64,000 nucleotides of DNA. Origin: Microgenomates group bacterium GW2011_GWC1_46_15 (GTDB taxonomy: Bacteria > Patescibacteriota > Microgenomatia > UBA1400 > UBA12028). Under the pieces are notes generated by a model. It was not told where the DNA came from, ran no database searches, and saw nothing but the letters and a program-made list of their open reading frames with translations. Where the stretch lies: positions 128,030 to 192,029 of the forward strand of contig LCLX01000001.1 of the NCBI GenBank assembly GCA_001002285.1. Direction: 5' to 3'. This document shows, piece by piece, positions 1 to 9,786 of this stretch (the first letter of the stretch is position 1; each line of letters begins with the position of its first letter). The position numbers and the translations under genes were made by a program.

Positions 1-1023
1 GGATATTGGAAACATAAAGAAAAGAGCCGCAAACAGCGCGATCCATGAAAAAAGGAAAGGAAGCGGAAAAGAGTGTTTGTTTTTTTTCTTGAGAATGAAC
101 ACGGTGATGCCCGCGACAATGGTGAGCCCAAGATGTACCCAGCCAAGATTAAAAGAAAGTCCATCGTTGTGGCCTTTTACCGATCCTCCAAATCCCCATC
201 CGCTTTGAATAAGTTGTACCGCGTACACAAAATGATCCGGATAATCACGCGCGATTGTTTGATCTAAAAACGTAATACTTTTTTCGGTTAACGCGGGAAC
301 GAGGAAGAAACTCGCCATCATAAGTCCGAGAACAAAAGAGATGCTCGCGTGAATTGTTGGCCACAACGATTTTTTATATATGGATTGCAAAAAACTATAT
401 CCAAAAAAGAAAGCAAAGAGGATGAGCGCCGATATGTTGTGTGAAATACCAAGGGCAAAAATAACAAGACTTGTAAGAAGAATGGTGTACTTCTTTTTCT
501 GCGTGATCGCCTCAACGCCCCACAGAATAAGCGGGGTGAAAATGAATGCCGCGGACTCTGCCACGGACCCTTTAACGTAGATATTAAGGAGGCGGTACGG
601 GGCGTACATGTACAACACAGATCCTAAGAGTGCGAAGGGAAACGGCACGTGTCTCCGGAGATACACAAACATGATGATGCCCGAAAGGATAAATGTAAAA
701 GCAAGCTCAGCTTTCATGGCGGTGGTTGCCGAAAATCCTGCCATCATGATGGGAACGCCAAAGTAATACACGGAAGGATAGTTAAAGTTAAAAAATGGAT
801 ATCCATATCCCGAGTAGAGGCGTTTTGACCAACGGACGGGGAACTGCCCGTCTTGAAACGCTTGGTAAAACTCATCCATGCGGATAAGGTGGCCAACGCC
901 GTCATGCGATGAGAAATATCCAGGAAGAGTGAGGTCTTTAATCCCAGGAATGGCAAGCGCGATAACGAGAAGAATCGGAAGGAACAGTTTGAGAAAGATA
1001 CTTTTGAATTTTTTACTGGGCAT
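1..1023 (-). CDS. Polytopic membrane protein, GT-C-like glycosyltransferase / PTPS-related family (partial, runs off window start; absent from ORF track)
   Basis: Manual translation from ATG at 1023: MPSKKFKSIFLKLFLPILLVIALAIPG...SHDGVGHLIRMDEFYQAFQDGQFPVRWSKRLYSGYGYPFFNFNYP; HD...H and GQFPVRW...GYGYP motifs followed by hydrophobic segments. Confidence 0.75.
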   Translation of the reverse strand, partial: MPSKKFKSIFLKLFLPILLVIALAIPGIKDLTLPGYFSSHDGVGHLIRMDEFYQAFQDGQFPVRWSKRLYSGYGYPFFNFNYPSVYYFGVPIMMAGFSATTAMKAELAFTFILSGIIMFVYLRRHVPFPFALLGSVLYMYAPYRLLNIYVKGSVAESAAFIFTPLILWGVEAITQKKKYTILLTSLVIFALGISHNISALILFAFFFGYSFLQSIYKKSLWPTIHASISFVLGLMMASFFLVPALTEKSITFLDQTIARDYPDHFVYAVQLIQSGWGFGGSVKGHNDGLSFNLGWVHLGLTIVAGITVFILKKKNKHSFPLPFLFSWIALFAALFFMFPIS

Positions 1024-1146
1024 GACCACACTGTACCAAGGAACAGACCCACCTGTCCACATTGGTCTTGGGCGATGAAGGTCTATAAAAGGAACCAACT
1101 TTTTGCGTGGATTCAGACAAGCGTCATAGTATATGATGAATGATGT

Positions 1147-2826
1147 ATGCTTTCAGATGAACAAATAAAATCCTTAGTTCTTTCTGCTAACCTTGTTTCC
1201 GAACAACAACTGCTCGAGGTTAGTGCCTTTGCCAAGACCGTCGGGCATTCATTACCAGAGGCTTTGATTGAAAAGGGGTTGGTGAACAGTGAGGTATTCG
1301 GAAATCTTGTGGCTTCTTCCCTCAATATCCCATATATCGCGCTTGCGAAATTGCAAATTCCAGAAGAAGTGATTAATGAGGTGCCGCCGAGATTGGCGAG
1401 AAAATACAAAATGGTTGCCTTTTCTCAGGCTGATGGGAATCTTCATATCGCTGTGGATGACATGCCAAGTTCTGAAGTTCTTGAGCTACTCGCCCGTAAA
1501 ACTGGACAAAAAATAATCCTTTACTACGCGTCTTTCAGAGATATTGAAAATGCCATGCAGTTTTACAAAAAAGATATTCAAAAGACCGTGGATCTTCTTC
1601 TCAAGGAAGACACGGGTCGTTTCGAAACTCAAGATTTACCGGTTACAAAAATTGTTGATACTCTTATCCGTTTTTCATACGACGACAAAGCCTCGGACAT
1701 TCACATCGAACCCCAAGAAAAAGACGCGATTGTGCGTTTTCGCATCGATGGAGTTCTTCGGGATGTCCTGACTATGAGTCGTGATCTGCACGACAGAATT
1801 ATGACTCGCATTAAGGTGTTATCAAGTTTGCGCACCGATGAACACTTGAGTGCACAGGATGGAAAAATGCAACAACACATGGAAGAAGAAACGTTGGATA
1901 TTCGTGTGTCTATTGTTCCAATCGCCGATGGAGAAAAAGCCGTGTTACGTCTTTTATCTTCTCGGTCTCGGCAGTTTTCTCTTACTGATCTTGGGATGGA
2001 TGAAAAGGATTTGGCAAAAGTTACCCGTGCGTATACCCACTCTTTTGGTATGCTCTTGTCCACGGGCCCTACGGGATCTGGGAAAACAACTTCCATCTAT
2101 GCCATGCTGAAAACCTTAAATGAACGAGGGAGTAATGTCACCACTATCGAAGACCCCGTTGAGTATCGTATTAAAGGGGCAAACCAGATTCAGGTGAATG
2201 TCAAAACCAATCTCACATTTGCCAATGGTTTACGCTCTATCCTTCGTCAAGATCCCAATATTATTTTTGTGGGCGAAATCCGTGATAGTGAAACTGCCGG
2301 TATTGCCGTGAACGCAGCCTTAACCGGACACTTAGTGTTTTCAACACTGCATACCAATGATGCCGCAACGACAATCCCCCGTCTCATTGATATGAAAGTT
2401 GAGCCGTTCCTTGTGGCATCAACAATCAGTGTCATTATTGCCCAAAGACTTTTGCGTCGTATCTGCGATATTTGTAAAGAGCCTCTGATGATTACGGAAG
2501 TAGAACTCTTAAAGAATTTTCCAGAAGATATGGTAAAACGTCATTTTGTTGCAAACGAAAAAGGAGAGGTTCAAATTTTTCATGGTCCGGGGTGCAAGAC
2601 GTGTCGTAGCTCTGGATATGTGGGAAGGATAGGTATATTTGAAGTATTGGAAGTGACGAAACGCATTCGCGAACTCATCGTCAAACGAGCCGACGCCGAC
2701 CTTATTACTATGGCAGCCGTTGAGGAGGGCATGACGACAATTCTGGATGATGGTTTAGATAAGGTTGCTAAAGGTGTTACCACCCTTGAAGAAGTTTTGC
2801 GGGTGACAAAAACGGAGTTTGTATGA
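1147..2826 (+). CDS. pilB: Type IV pilus / T2SS assembly ATPase (PilB/GspE)
   Basis: ASDIHIEP, Walker A GPTGSGKTT, TIEDPVEY, LRQDPNIIFVGEIRD, GHLVFSTLH, CxxC...CxxC. Confidence 0.95.
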   Translation: MLSDEQIKSLVLSANLVSEQQLLEVSAFAKTVGHSLPEALIEKGLVNSEVFGNLVASSLNIPYIALAKLQIPEEVINEVPPRLARKYKMVAFSQADGNLHIAVDDMPSSEVLELLARKTGQKIILYYASFRDIENAMQFYKKDIQKTVDLLLKEDTGRFETQDLPVTKIVDTLIRFSYDDKASDIHIEPQEKDAIVRFRIDGVLRDVLTMSRDLHDRIMTRIKVLSSLRTDEHLSAQDGKMQQHMEEETLDIRVSIVPIADGEKAVLRLLSSRSRQFSLTDLGMDEKDLAKVTRAYTHSFGMLLSTGPTGSGKTTSIYAMLKTLNERGSNVTTIEDPVEYRIKGANQIQVNVKTNLTFANGLRSILRQDPNIIFVGEIRDSETAGIAVNAALTGHLVFSTLHTNDAATTIPRLIDMKVEPFLVASTISVIIAQRLLRRICDICKEPLMITEVELLKNFPEDMVKRHFVANEKGEVQIFHGPGCKTCRSSGYVGRIGIFEVLEVTKRIRELIVKRADADLITMAAVEEGMTTILDDGLDKVAKGVTTLEEVLRVTKTEFV

Positions 2827-3875
2827 ACACACACGCCATTTTTCTTTCCACAAACGAAAAAATTGGCCTCATGAGCAATTTATCTACAATGTTAACGGCA
2901 GGTATTCCGATTTTAGAGGCGGTTGACTCACTCGAATTGGATGCAAAGGGAAACACAAAGATTGTCTTGCAAGAGTTACGCACAGATCTGAACGAAGGAG
3001 AGCGCGTGTATAGTACGATGAGCAAATTTCCACGAGTGTTTGATAAGGTGATGGTGAGTTTGGTGAAAGCTTCAGAAGAAGCGGGGACATTAAATCAAAT
3101 CCTCAAGGATTTAAAAGAGAGCATAAAAAAAGAAGCGGAGTTTACTGACAAAATAAAATCGGCACTCACCTACCCCGTACTCATTTTGATTATTTTTATG
3201 GCGGTACTCCTTATGATTTTAATAGTTGTGATTCCGAAAATTTCAACAGTCTTTTCCCGATTATCAGTACAACTGCCATTGCCTACACGAATACTTATTA
3301 TTGCATCAAACCTTATTTTGCATAATACTGTGCCGCTTCTTCTTGTCCTTGGAGTACTCGTTCTCCTCTTTATTTTGATCTACCGACGAAATCGAGGCTT
3401 AATCCTTGCTCCATTACTCTCACTTCCCATTATTTCTGACCTCGTACGCAAAATTGACTTAACCCGTTTTTCACACAGCATGTACTTACTTCTAAGTTCC
3501 GGGTTACCGATTTCCGCGGCATTATCGCTTGTTCAGGACGTCGTCATTCGGAAGGATATTGCGCGGATCATTTCACAAACCAGGGACATTATCATATCGG
3601 GAGGAAAATTATCTGAAGGACTTAAAAAGGGGAACCGTGTTGTACCAGCCATCATGATTAAGCTGATCGAGGTTGGAGATAAAACTGGGACATTGGACAA
3701 ATCAATGCAAGATGTCTCCGAGTACATGGAGTATGAGGTTTCTAATCGGTTGCAGACGATCACAGTTCTCTTGGAGCCCATTATGTTAGTGTTTGTTGGT
3801 ATTGTCGTAGGCGGCATGATGTTGGCGATTATTGCCCCAATTTATGGTCTTATTGGTCAGGTTGGGGGACGCTAG
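2823..3875 (+). CDS. pilC: Type IV pilus platform protein (PilC/GspF)
   Basis: Two T2SSF repeats (AGIPILEA...EEAGTL; SSGLPI...LEPIMLVFVG); 4-nt overlap with pilB. Confidence 0.92.
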   Translation: MNTHAIFLSTNEKIGLMSNLSTMLTAGIPILEAVDSLELDAKGNTKIVLQELRTDLNEGERVYSTMSKFPRVFDKVMVSLVKASEEAGTLNQILKDLKESIKKEAEFTDKIKSALTYPVLILIIFMAVLLMILIVVIPKISTVFSRLSVQLPLPTRILIIASNLILHNTVPLLLVLGVLVLLFILIYRRNRGLILAPLLSLPIISDLVRKIDLTRFSHSMYLLLSSGLPISAALSLVQDVVIRKDIARIISQTRDIIISGGKLSEGLKKGNRVVPAIMIKLIEVGDKTGTLDKSMQDVSEYMEYEVSNRLQTITVLLEPIMLVFVGIVVGGMMLAIIAPIYGLIGQVGGR

Positions 3876-3907
3876 ACTGTCAACTCATCACGAAAGCGAG
3901 TGTTGCA

Positions 3908-4396
3908 ATGAGTTCTCTACAAAACGTTGGATTTACACTCGTTGAGTTGGCTGTTACGACAGCGCTTTTTTTAAGTCTACTCGCAATCGCTGTCCCCAAT
4001 CTTTTGGGAATACGGGAACGTGTTGAAATGAGAAGTGTTGTGAACACTGTTCTGGCCGATATTCGGGGGCAACAACTCAAAGCAATGTTGGGTGATACGG
4101 AAGGTCGGGAAACGACCGATCTTTACGGGGTTCATTTTGAAACGAGTTCCTACACACTTTTCCATGGGGCAAGTTACTCACCCTTGGAGTCAACAAATAT
4201 AGTGATCCCTCTTAGTGGGAATCTCCAGTTCGATCCCGTATCTTTTCCTAATTCAGCCATCATTTTTAACAAGGGTAGTGGGACGGTTCTTGGTTTTGAT
4301 TCTCAGGCCCATTCGATTGTGTTGATAAATCCAAACACCAGCGAAACGATTTCGGTAACCTTTAATACATTTGGCGTTGTGACGGGAGTGCAATGA
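3908..4396 (+). CDS. Minor pilin / pseudopilin (FimT/GspH-like)
   Basis: Class III signal G|FTLVEL followed by a hydrophobic helix. Confidence 0.85.
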   Translation: MSSLQNVGFTLVELAVTTALFLSLLAIAVPNLLGIRERVEMRSVVNTVLADIRGQQLKAMLGDTEGRETTDLYGVHFETSSYTLFHGASYSPLESTNIVIPLSGNLQFDPVSFPNSAIIFNKGSGTVLGFDSQAHSIVLINPNTSETISVTFNTFGVVTGVQ

Positions 4397-6303
4397 AACA
4401 CTGGTATGCTCAAGGTGGTCAAATGCTTGTTGAAGTGTTGCTCGCGTTGGCGATAATGTCACTTGTCTTACCCGCGCTTCTTACAGGTATTGTTGCAACC
4501 CGCGAGGGTAAACCACAGCAAATGCAGCGATTGCAGGCTACAGCTTTCATGCGTGAAGCCACCGAGGCAGTACGTTCGGTTCGGGAAAGAAGTTGGGCGG
4601 GGATAGCGACGAATGGCCAATACCATCCAGAGTTTTCAGGTGGATTGTGGAACTTGGTCAGTGGAGGAGAAACATTTTCCGGTTTTTCCCGTTCAATTGA
4701 TGTTTCATCTGTCTACCGTGATGCAAGCAATACCATTGCCGCAAATGGTACGTTAGATCCTTCTACCAAAAAAATTATCGTGACTGTTTCTTGGACTACT
4801 CCTAGAGTTACTACTGTAGATTCAACGTTTTATTTGACTCGGCATTTGGATAATCTGAAGCATCTTGAAACAACAGAAGCTGAGTTTAATGGTGGAAGCA
4901 AAACAAATCTGGTTGTCACCAATGTGAGCGGGGGTGAACTGCAGTTAATACCTGGTGGATCAAGTGACTGGTGTGCTCCGAATCTCTCCATGAATCCTAC
5001 AGTGAATCTTCCCAAAAGCGGAGTAGCCAATGCGATTCATGCTATCGAAGGTAAGGTTTTTGCGGGTACTGGAGACAATGCTTCGGGTGTCGCATACGCG
5101 ACTGTAACGCTTACAAATGCAAATCCTCCCATAGCCACGATTCTGAATACATTTGATGGATATAAAACAAATGCGGCATTTGGAGATGCGAATTATGCCT
5201 ATTTAGCTACCGACAATAACAACAAAGAAATTGTGATCATTGATATCAGCGGATCATCGCCAACCGAAGCAGGAAACTTTAATGCTCCAGGCGTAACTTC
5301 AGGAACAAGTATCGCCACTGGAGCATCAATAGGATTCATGACTTCAGGAAACACTCTTTACAGTTTCGATCTTTCTAGTAGAAATGGATCCCGAAGCCAA
5401 GTAGGATCCCTATCAATAGCTGGAATCGGAAAAAAACTGGTGTTGAGGGGAAACTATTTGTATGCGGTTACTGATTCAGATACAACACAACTGCACATTG
5501 TTGATGTAAGCAACCCAGCGAATATGTCTATCATAGGACAGGCAAGTGTTGCCGGAAGTGCGGGGGTAGACGTATTTATGAATGCCGATAGTTCACGGGC
5601 GTACCTCGTAACTACCAACTCACCAACAATGCCTGAATTTTTTGTGATTGATACATCAATAAAAACTGGTGATCGTCCCACATTGGGTACGTACAATACA
5701 GGAGAGATGAACCCAACAGGTGTTACCGCTGTTTCTGGAAACAAAGCAATTATCGTTGGAACGGGAGGACAGGAGTATCAAGTAGTGAGACTTACCACAG
5801 AATCTACACCCGCGTATTGTGGAGGATTGGATATTGATTCCGGCATTCGTGGACTTGCTTCGGTGTTAGAAGCAGACCAAGATGTTTTTACATACATTAT
5901 CACTGGAGACGCGTCCTCAGAACTAAAAATTATTAGTGGCGATCCGGGAAGTGGGGTAGCAACTGCAGGAACGTATGAATCGAGTACCTTTGATGCTGTT
6001 TACACAGTTGCATTTAACCGGTTCCGCGTACACGCCACACAACCTGCTGGGACAAGTATTACATATCAAGTTGCAGTTTCCCCAGCCATTTCAGGAAGTT
6101 GCACAGGAGCATCATTTTCCTACGTCGGTCCGGATGGTTCAGGAAGTACTTTCTTTTCTGCAGACACTAATCCTATTCCTTTCATCACGGCTGGTGCGTA
6201 TGAAAACCCAGGACAATGTTTTCGCTATAAAGCCTATTTTTCAACATCTGATGTAAGCATCACCCCGATATTTTCAGATATCACAATCAATTATTCGCCG
6301 TGA
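4393..6303 (+). CDS. Large minor pilin with C-terminal LVIVD-like beta-propeller domain
   Basis: G|QMLVEVLLALAI N-terminus; repeated YAYLA...EIVIIDIS, YLYAV...LHIVDVSNP and RAYLV...FFVIDTS units. Confidence 0.8.
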   Translation: MKHWYAQGGQMLVEVLLALAIMSLVLPALLTGIVATREGKPQQMQRLQATAFMREATEAVRSVRERSWAGIATNGQYHPEFSGGLWNLVSGGETFSGFSRSIDVSSVYRDASNTIAANGTLDPSTKKIIVTVSWTTPRVTTVDSTFYLTRHLDNLKHLETTEAEFNGGSKTNLVVTNVSGGELQLIPGGSSDWCAPNLSMNPTVNLPKSGVANAIHAIEGKVFAGTGDNASGVAYATVTLTNANPPIATILNTFDGYKTNAAFGDANYAYLATDNNNKEIVIIDISGSSPTEAGNFNAPGVTSGTSIATGASIGFMTSGNTLYSFDLSSRNGSRSQVGSLSIAGIGKKLVLRGNYLYAVTDSDTTQLHIVDVSNPANMSIIGQASVAGSAGVDVFMNADSSRAYLVTTNSPTMPEFFVIDTSIKTGDRPTLGTYNTGEMNPTGVTAVSGNKAIIVGTGGQEYQVVRLTTESTPAYCGGLDIDSGIRGLASVLEADQDVFTYIITGDASSELKIISGDPGSGVATAGTYESSTFDAVYTVAFNRFRVHATQPAGTSITYQVAVSPAISGSCTGASFSYVGPDGSGSTFFSADTNPIPFITAGAYENPGQCFRYKAYFSTSDVSITPIFSDITINYSP

Positions 6304-6318
6304 TGAATTGGGAAAACA

Positions 6319-6825
6319 ATGAAACATACACTCAACAACAATGTTCAACAAGCAGGGTTTTCTCTTGTTGAACTCTTGCTCTACATGGGTTTGATCTCTA
6401 TTCTCTTAGTGATCCTCATGTCTGTTTTTCTTTCCGCTCTTGACGTCCAACAGTCATCACAAGCAACTTCTACTGTAGAACAGGAGGGCAGGTATCTCTT
6501 AACCAGACTGGCATACGATATTCATCGAGCTTCAAGTGTAACGACTCCCGACAGTGTGGGAAGTTCTAGCCCGACATTAACGTTAGTGATTGGCGGAGTA
6601 TCGTATGCGTACACACTTTCGAATAGTCAGCTCCTGTTAGCTTTAGATGGATTTTCCGAATCTTTATCAAGCGTTGATTCACACATTTCCGACCTTTCCT
6701 TTACCAAAGTAGGAAGTCCATCAGGTAAAGCAACACTTCACATGACCTTTACTGTTCAGGGAGTTGGAACAAGCTCACAACCATCAGAAATCCGTCAATA
6801 TTCATCTAGTGTAGGATTGAGATAG
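6319..6825 (+). CDS. Minor pilin (PilW/PulJ-like)
   Basis: G|FSLVELLLY prepilin motif. Confidence 0.85.
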   Translation: MKHTLNNNVQQAGFSLVELLLYMGLISILLVILMSVFLSALDVQQSSQATSTVEQEGRYLLTRLAYDIHRASSVTTPDSVGSSSPTLTLVIGGVSYAYTLSNSQLLLALDGFSESLSSVDSHISDLSFTKVGSPSGKATLHMTFTVQGVGTSSQPSEIRQYSSSVGLR

Positions 6826-6826
6826 T

Positions 6827-7219
6827 ATGCCTCCCCATAAATCTTTGTCTTCATCCCAATCTGGACAAGCCTTAGTCATCTTGCTCATATTTGTAGCTGT
6901 TTCTGTAATGATAACGATTGCTTCTGTAACATTGATTGTTATAACCTCATCCGGAATGAGCAGTTTTGAACAAAGCACTATGGCCTATGATATTGCTGAA
7001 GCTGGAACTGAGAATGCGTTACTTCGGCTTTTGCGTAACCCCGCCTATACTGGGGAAACATTGACAGTGGGAGATGGGACAGCAACAATAACAGTGACAG
7101 GATCGGGGACCCAAACAATCACCTCTACTGGTCGTTTGAATAACTACCTACGGAAAATACAGGTTGTTGTGGTGGTCGATGATGTGGACACAATACAGTC
7201 CTGGATGGAAGTGTACTAA
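6827..7219 (+). CDS. PilX-like minor pilin
   Basis: G|QALVILL without Glu5; AYDIAEAGTENALLRL motif typical of PilX N-terminal domains. Confidence 0.75.
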   Translation: MPPHKSLSSSQSGQALVILLIFVAVSVMITIASVTLIVITSSGMSSFEQSTMAYDIAEAGTENALLRLLRNPAYTGETLTVGDGTATITVTGSGTQTITSTGRLNNYLRKIQVVVVVDDVDTIQSWMEVY

Positions 7220-7221
7220 AT

Positions 7222-7905
7222 ATGCCCAATGTACTCCCTTCTTTGGCAGTGTTATACATCGAGGTCCAGCGCATGAGTCTTTGTAGGGGGAATGGTCAGA
7301 TTCTTTGGGTAGATATTCCAGAAACAATTGTTCATAATTTCGAGGTTGTTTCAAAGCCAGAATTTAATACCCTGATTCGTAATTTTGTTGGGACACATAC
7401 AATAACAGGGGGACCGCTTATCCTCATTTTCTCGGAAGCAATTGCCTTTGAAAAATTTTTTGCAGGGTTGCCTTCCGAACAAAAAGAAAGCGAGTTCCAA
7501 GTGTTTTATGAATCAGTTCCGTTTGAACGCACGCTCACTCGTGCGTATCCTTTCCAGAATGGATCAAAAGCAATCGCAATTAATCGAGATTTGTACGAAT
7601 CCATACGGGATGCGTTTGAGCAGGTTGGATTTCAGATCCTTGCGGTTGTTCCTGGCTATGTGATGACAATGATGGGTTTTAATACTTTTGATGTTGAGAC
7701 GGCAAAACAAATAATAAAAAAGTTCGATACGGTAAAACAGCAAACGATGATTGCTATCCATCAACCAGCTCGAACGATACAACAGCAGGAAGATGAACTG
7801 GCAAAAAAGCACACCCCGCTCATTTTATTGATCTTTTTTGTTTTTCTGGGGATTGTATTGGGGGGAACGATCCTTATTCTTCGATTGGGGAGCAACGTCC
7901 CCTAA
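7222..7905 (+). CDS. Hypothetical protein with C-terminal TM helix, possibly a degenerate PilM/GspL-like alignment component
   Basis: 227-aa ORF inside the pilus cluster; soluble domain plus one hydrophobic helix. Confidence 0.5.
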   Translation: MPNVLPSLAVLYIEVQRMSLCRGNGQILWVDIPETIVHNFEVVSKPEFNTLIRNFVGTHTITGGPLILIFSEAIAFEKFFAGLPSEQKESEFQVFYESVPFERTLTRAYPFQNGSKAIAINRDLYESIRDAFEQVGFQILAVVPGYVMTMMGFNTFDVETAKQIIKKFDTVKQQTMIAIHQPARTIQQQEDELAKKHTPLILLIFFVFLGIVLGGTILILRLGSNVP

Positions 7906-7913
7906 TATGACTC

Positions 7914-7943
7914 TTGACAAGAGAGTCTCTTTATCGGTACTCT
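7914..7943 (+). promoter_or_regulatory. Sigma70-like promoter of the major pilin gene
   Basis: TTGACA-18nt-TACTCT, 8 nt before ATG; inverted repeat GACTCT...AGAGTC spans the -35 box. Confidence 0.55.
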
Positions 7944-7951
7944 AAAAGTAT

Positions 7952-8431
7952 ATGAAAAAACTAAAAATCACCGCCCAACGTGGTTTTACCCTTATAGAAC
8001 TGTTAGTTGTTATTGGAGTTTTGGCGGTACTCCTTGCGATCGTTTTGATTGCTATCAACCCAGCTCGTCAGTTCTCGCAAGCGAACAACACAAAACGCGC
8101 GAGTGATGTGAACGCTCTCTTGAATGCGGTTCATCAATATGCCGCAGATAATAAAGGGAACATTTCACCATTAAACATTGGTGCAACAGCAACGGCGATT
8201 AGTACTGCCGGTACCGGCGCGGCATTCTGTGATGCACTTATTACACAGTATTTGGCGGCACTCCCGAGTGACCCGACAGGTGCTTTGGCTGGTAACCCAG
8301 TTCTCAAAGCAGACTGTGCTACCTACGGTGATACTGGTTATACCATTAGTAAAAGTGGTACAGATAACCGTATTACTGTCACAGCTCCTAGTACGGAACT
8401 TGGAGTTACAACGATTAGTGTGACTCGATAA
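7952..8431 (+). CDS. pilA: Probable major type IV pilin
   Basis: RG|FTLIELLVVIGVLAVLLAIVLIAINP; Cys pair; has its own promoter and terminator. Confidence 0.85.
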   Translation: MKKLKITAQRGFTLIELLVVIGVLAVLLAIVLIAINPARQFSQANNTKRASDVNALLNAVHQYAADNKGNISPLNIGATATAISTAGTGAAFCDALITQYLAALPSDPTGALAGNPVLKADCATYGDTGYTISKSGTDNRITVTAPSTELGVTTISVTR

Positions 8432-8442
8432 AATGAAAAAAC

Positions 8443-8481
8443 AAAAAGCCTTCTGACCGTATTGGAACAGAGGGCTTTTTT
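8443..8481 (+). terminator. Intrinsic terminator after pilin
   Basis: AAAAGCCTTCTG...CAGAGGGCTTTTTT hairpin with U-tract. Confidence 0.7.
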
Positions 8482-8556
8482 GGAGGGGTTAAGACCCTTC
8501 ATGCTATTTGACAGCGTCGAGCCTCCTTCAGTAGTATGGATAGAGAGGAGATCAAT

Positions 8557-8772
8557 ATGACAAAGAAAAAAGGTGTGAAACAAGGATTAACCAAAAACAC
8601 GCTCGTGTTGGTTTCTGTGTTTTTTATGCTTTTTGCCGTGTTTATAACCCTGCTGTATTACCGCCAAGTTGCTGATGTGCAGGCTTTTATTAAACTACAA
8701 AATCAGCAGCGGAATACGCTTCTGCTTGTCGCACCCTCTCCAAAGGCTGTTGCGCCGTTAAAAAGTAGATAA
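8557..8772 (+). CDS. Small single-TM hypothetical protein
   Basis: GAGGAG SD before ATG 8557; basic N-terminus then hydrophobic helix. Confidence 0.6.
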   Translation: MTKKKGVKQGLTKNTLVLVSVFFMLFAVFITLLYYRQVADVQAFIKLQNQQRNTLLLVAPSPKAVAPLKSR

Positions 8773-8842
8773 TAGTACATTTTCTTTGTGTGTTATTTCA
8801 ATAATGATAGTGGTGGGGGTTTTGGGGCACCAAGACTTCCTG

Positions 8843-8929
8843 CGGAGAGGGTGGGATTCGAACCCACGGTATACTTGCGCATACAGAGCTTTTCGAGAGC
8901 TCCGCACTAGACCACTATGCGACCTCTCC
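8843..8929 (-). tRNA. tRNA-Ser(CGA)
   Basis: GGAGAGG acceptor stem, GAGCT-CTCGAAA-AGCTC anticodon arm, long variable arm, GTTCGAATC T-loop; CCA not encoded. Confidence 0.93.
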
Positions 8930-8936
8930 AATGTTG

Positions 8937-9010
8937 TGCGCCCAAGAAGAATCGAACTTCTGACCTTCAGATCCGCAATCTGACGCTCTATCCAACTGAG
9001 CTATGGGCGC
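8937..9010 (-). tRNA. tRNA-Arg(GCG)
   Basis: GCGCCCA TAGCTCAGTTGGATAGAGC; anticodon arm TCAGA-TTGCGGA-TCTGA; GTTCGATTC T-loop. Confidence 0.93.
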
Positions 9011-9076
9011 ATGATTAGTGGCAAATACACCGCAATTTTACCACAAATCTCTGGGAAATCGGGCATAAAACTGGAT

Positions 9077-9640
9077 TTAGGCCTTATCCAGCGGGAACTT
9101 TTGCTGAAGCCACTGCGCGCCACGCTCGGCAAATGTTTGGACAGGCCGTTCGAACACAAGGTATTTTTCCAGAGCGCTTTTCACGTCTTCTTCTTTGACG
9201 TCGCTCAACACAAGTGAAAGATTTCCGATGAACCGGTGATAGTACTCAACATGCAAAACGCGTTGACCAAGCGCAGTTGAAAACCAAAATCGGCCAAGCA
9301 TGTCCCATGTATATAATTTTTCCCCCATTCTGATCCCATACGTCGTAATGATATGTTTCGTGTTCTCAGGAGGAACGGCGGCGAGTGCGTAGCTGACAAA
9401 CGCAAACGATACGATCACGGCAATCAGCAAGAACTGGCCCGCAAAGAACAAAATAATGCTGAGGAGAAAGACAATAACGGCGATCGTGGTGTAGTACTCA
9501 CGGTCGCGCTTCTTAAACGGCCGATTTGCGGATTCCCAAGTCAAGAGAACTTCCTCAGGCTGGATTTGCTGCACCGGCGGAGCAGGCTGCTGCGTTTGTT
9601 GTACGCCTTGCGCTAACGGAGTTTCGGCAGGATTTTCCAT
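9077..9640 (-). CDS. Conserved hypothetical two-TM membrane protein
   Basis: 187-aa ORF; W...RPFKKR followed by two TM helices; TTGTAA-17-TATGCT promoter 6 nt before ATG. Confidence 0.75.
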   Translation of the reverse strand: MENPAETPLAQGVQQTQQPAPPVQQIQPEEVLLTWESANRPFKKRDREYYTTIAVIVFLLSIILFFAGQFLLIAVIVSFAFVSYALAAVPPENTKHIITTYGIRMGEKLYTWDMLGRFWFSTALGQRVLHVEYYHRFIGNLSLVLSDVKEEDVKSALEKYLVFERPVQTFAERGAQWLQQKFPLDKA

Positions 9641-9731
9641 AAGTCAAGCATAGCGTGGAGCGAGGGGTTTTACAACGTGGGACGAGCTTAATTATTGATT
9701 GACTTTTTATCACTATTTTGCTTTAATACCA

Positions 9732-9786
9732 GCACAGTCGTAAGACTGCAACGAATTGCCGGATCCCCGAAAGGGGATTTTTGGCA
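9732..9786 (+). ncRNA. Putative small structured RNA convergent on the NYN gene
   Basis: CAGTC-GTAA-GACTG and TGCCGG ATCCCC-GAAA-GGGGAT TT TTGGCA; two GNRA loops and G-U pairs favour the + strand; TTGACT-17-TTTAAT upstream. Confidence 0.4.

Noticed and set aside
73-1078. Short ORF-track calls in the first kilobase
   Set aside because: All overlap the real minus-strand membrane-protein frame starting at 1023, which the track missed because it has no stop in the window.
8786-8983. 65-aa ORF over the tRNA genes
   Set aside because: Antisense to tRNA-Ser and tRNA-Arg.
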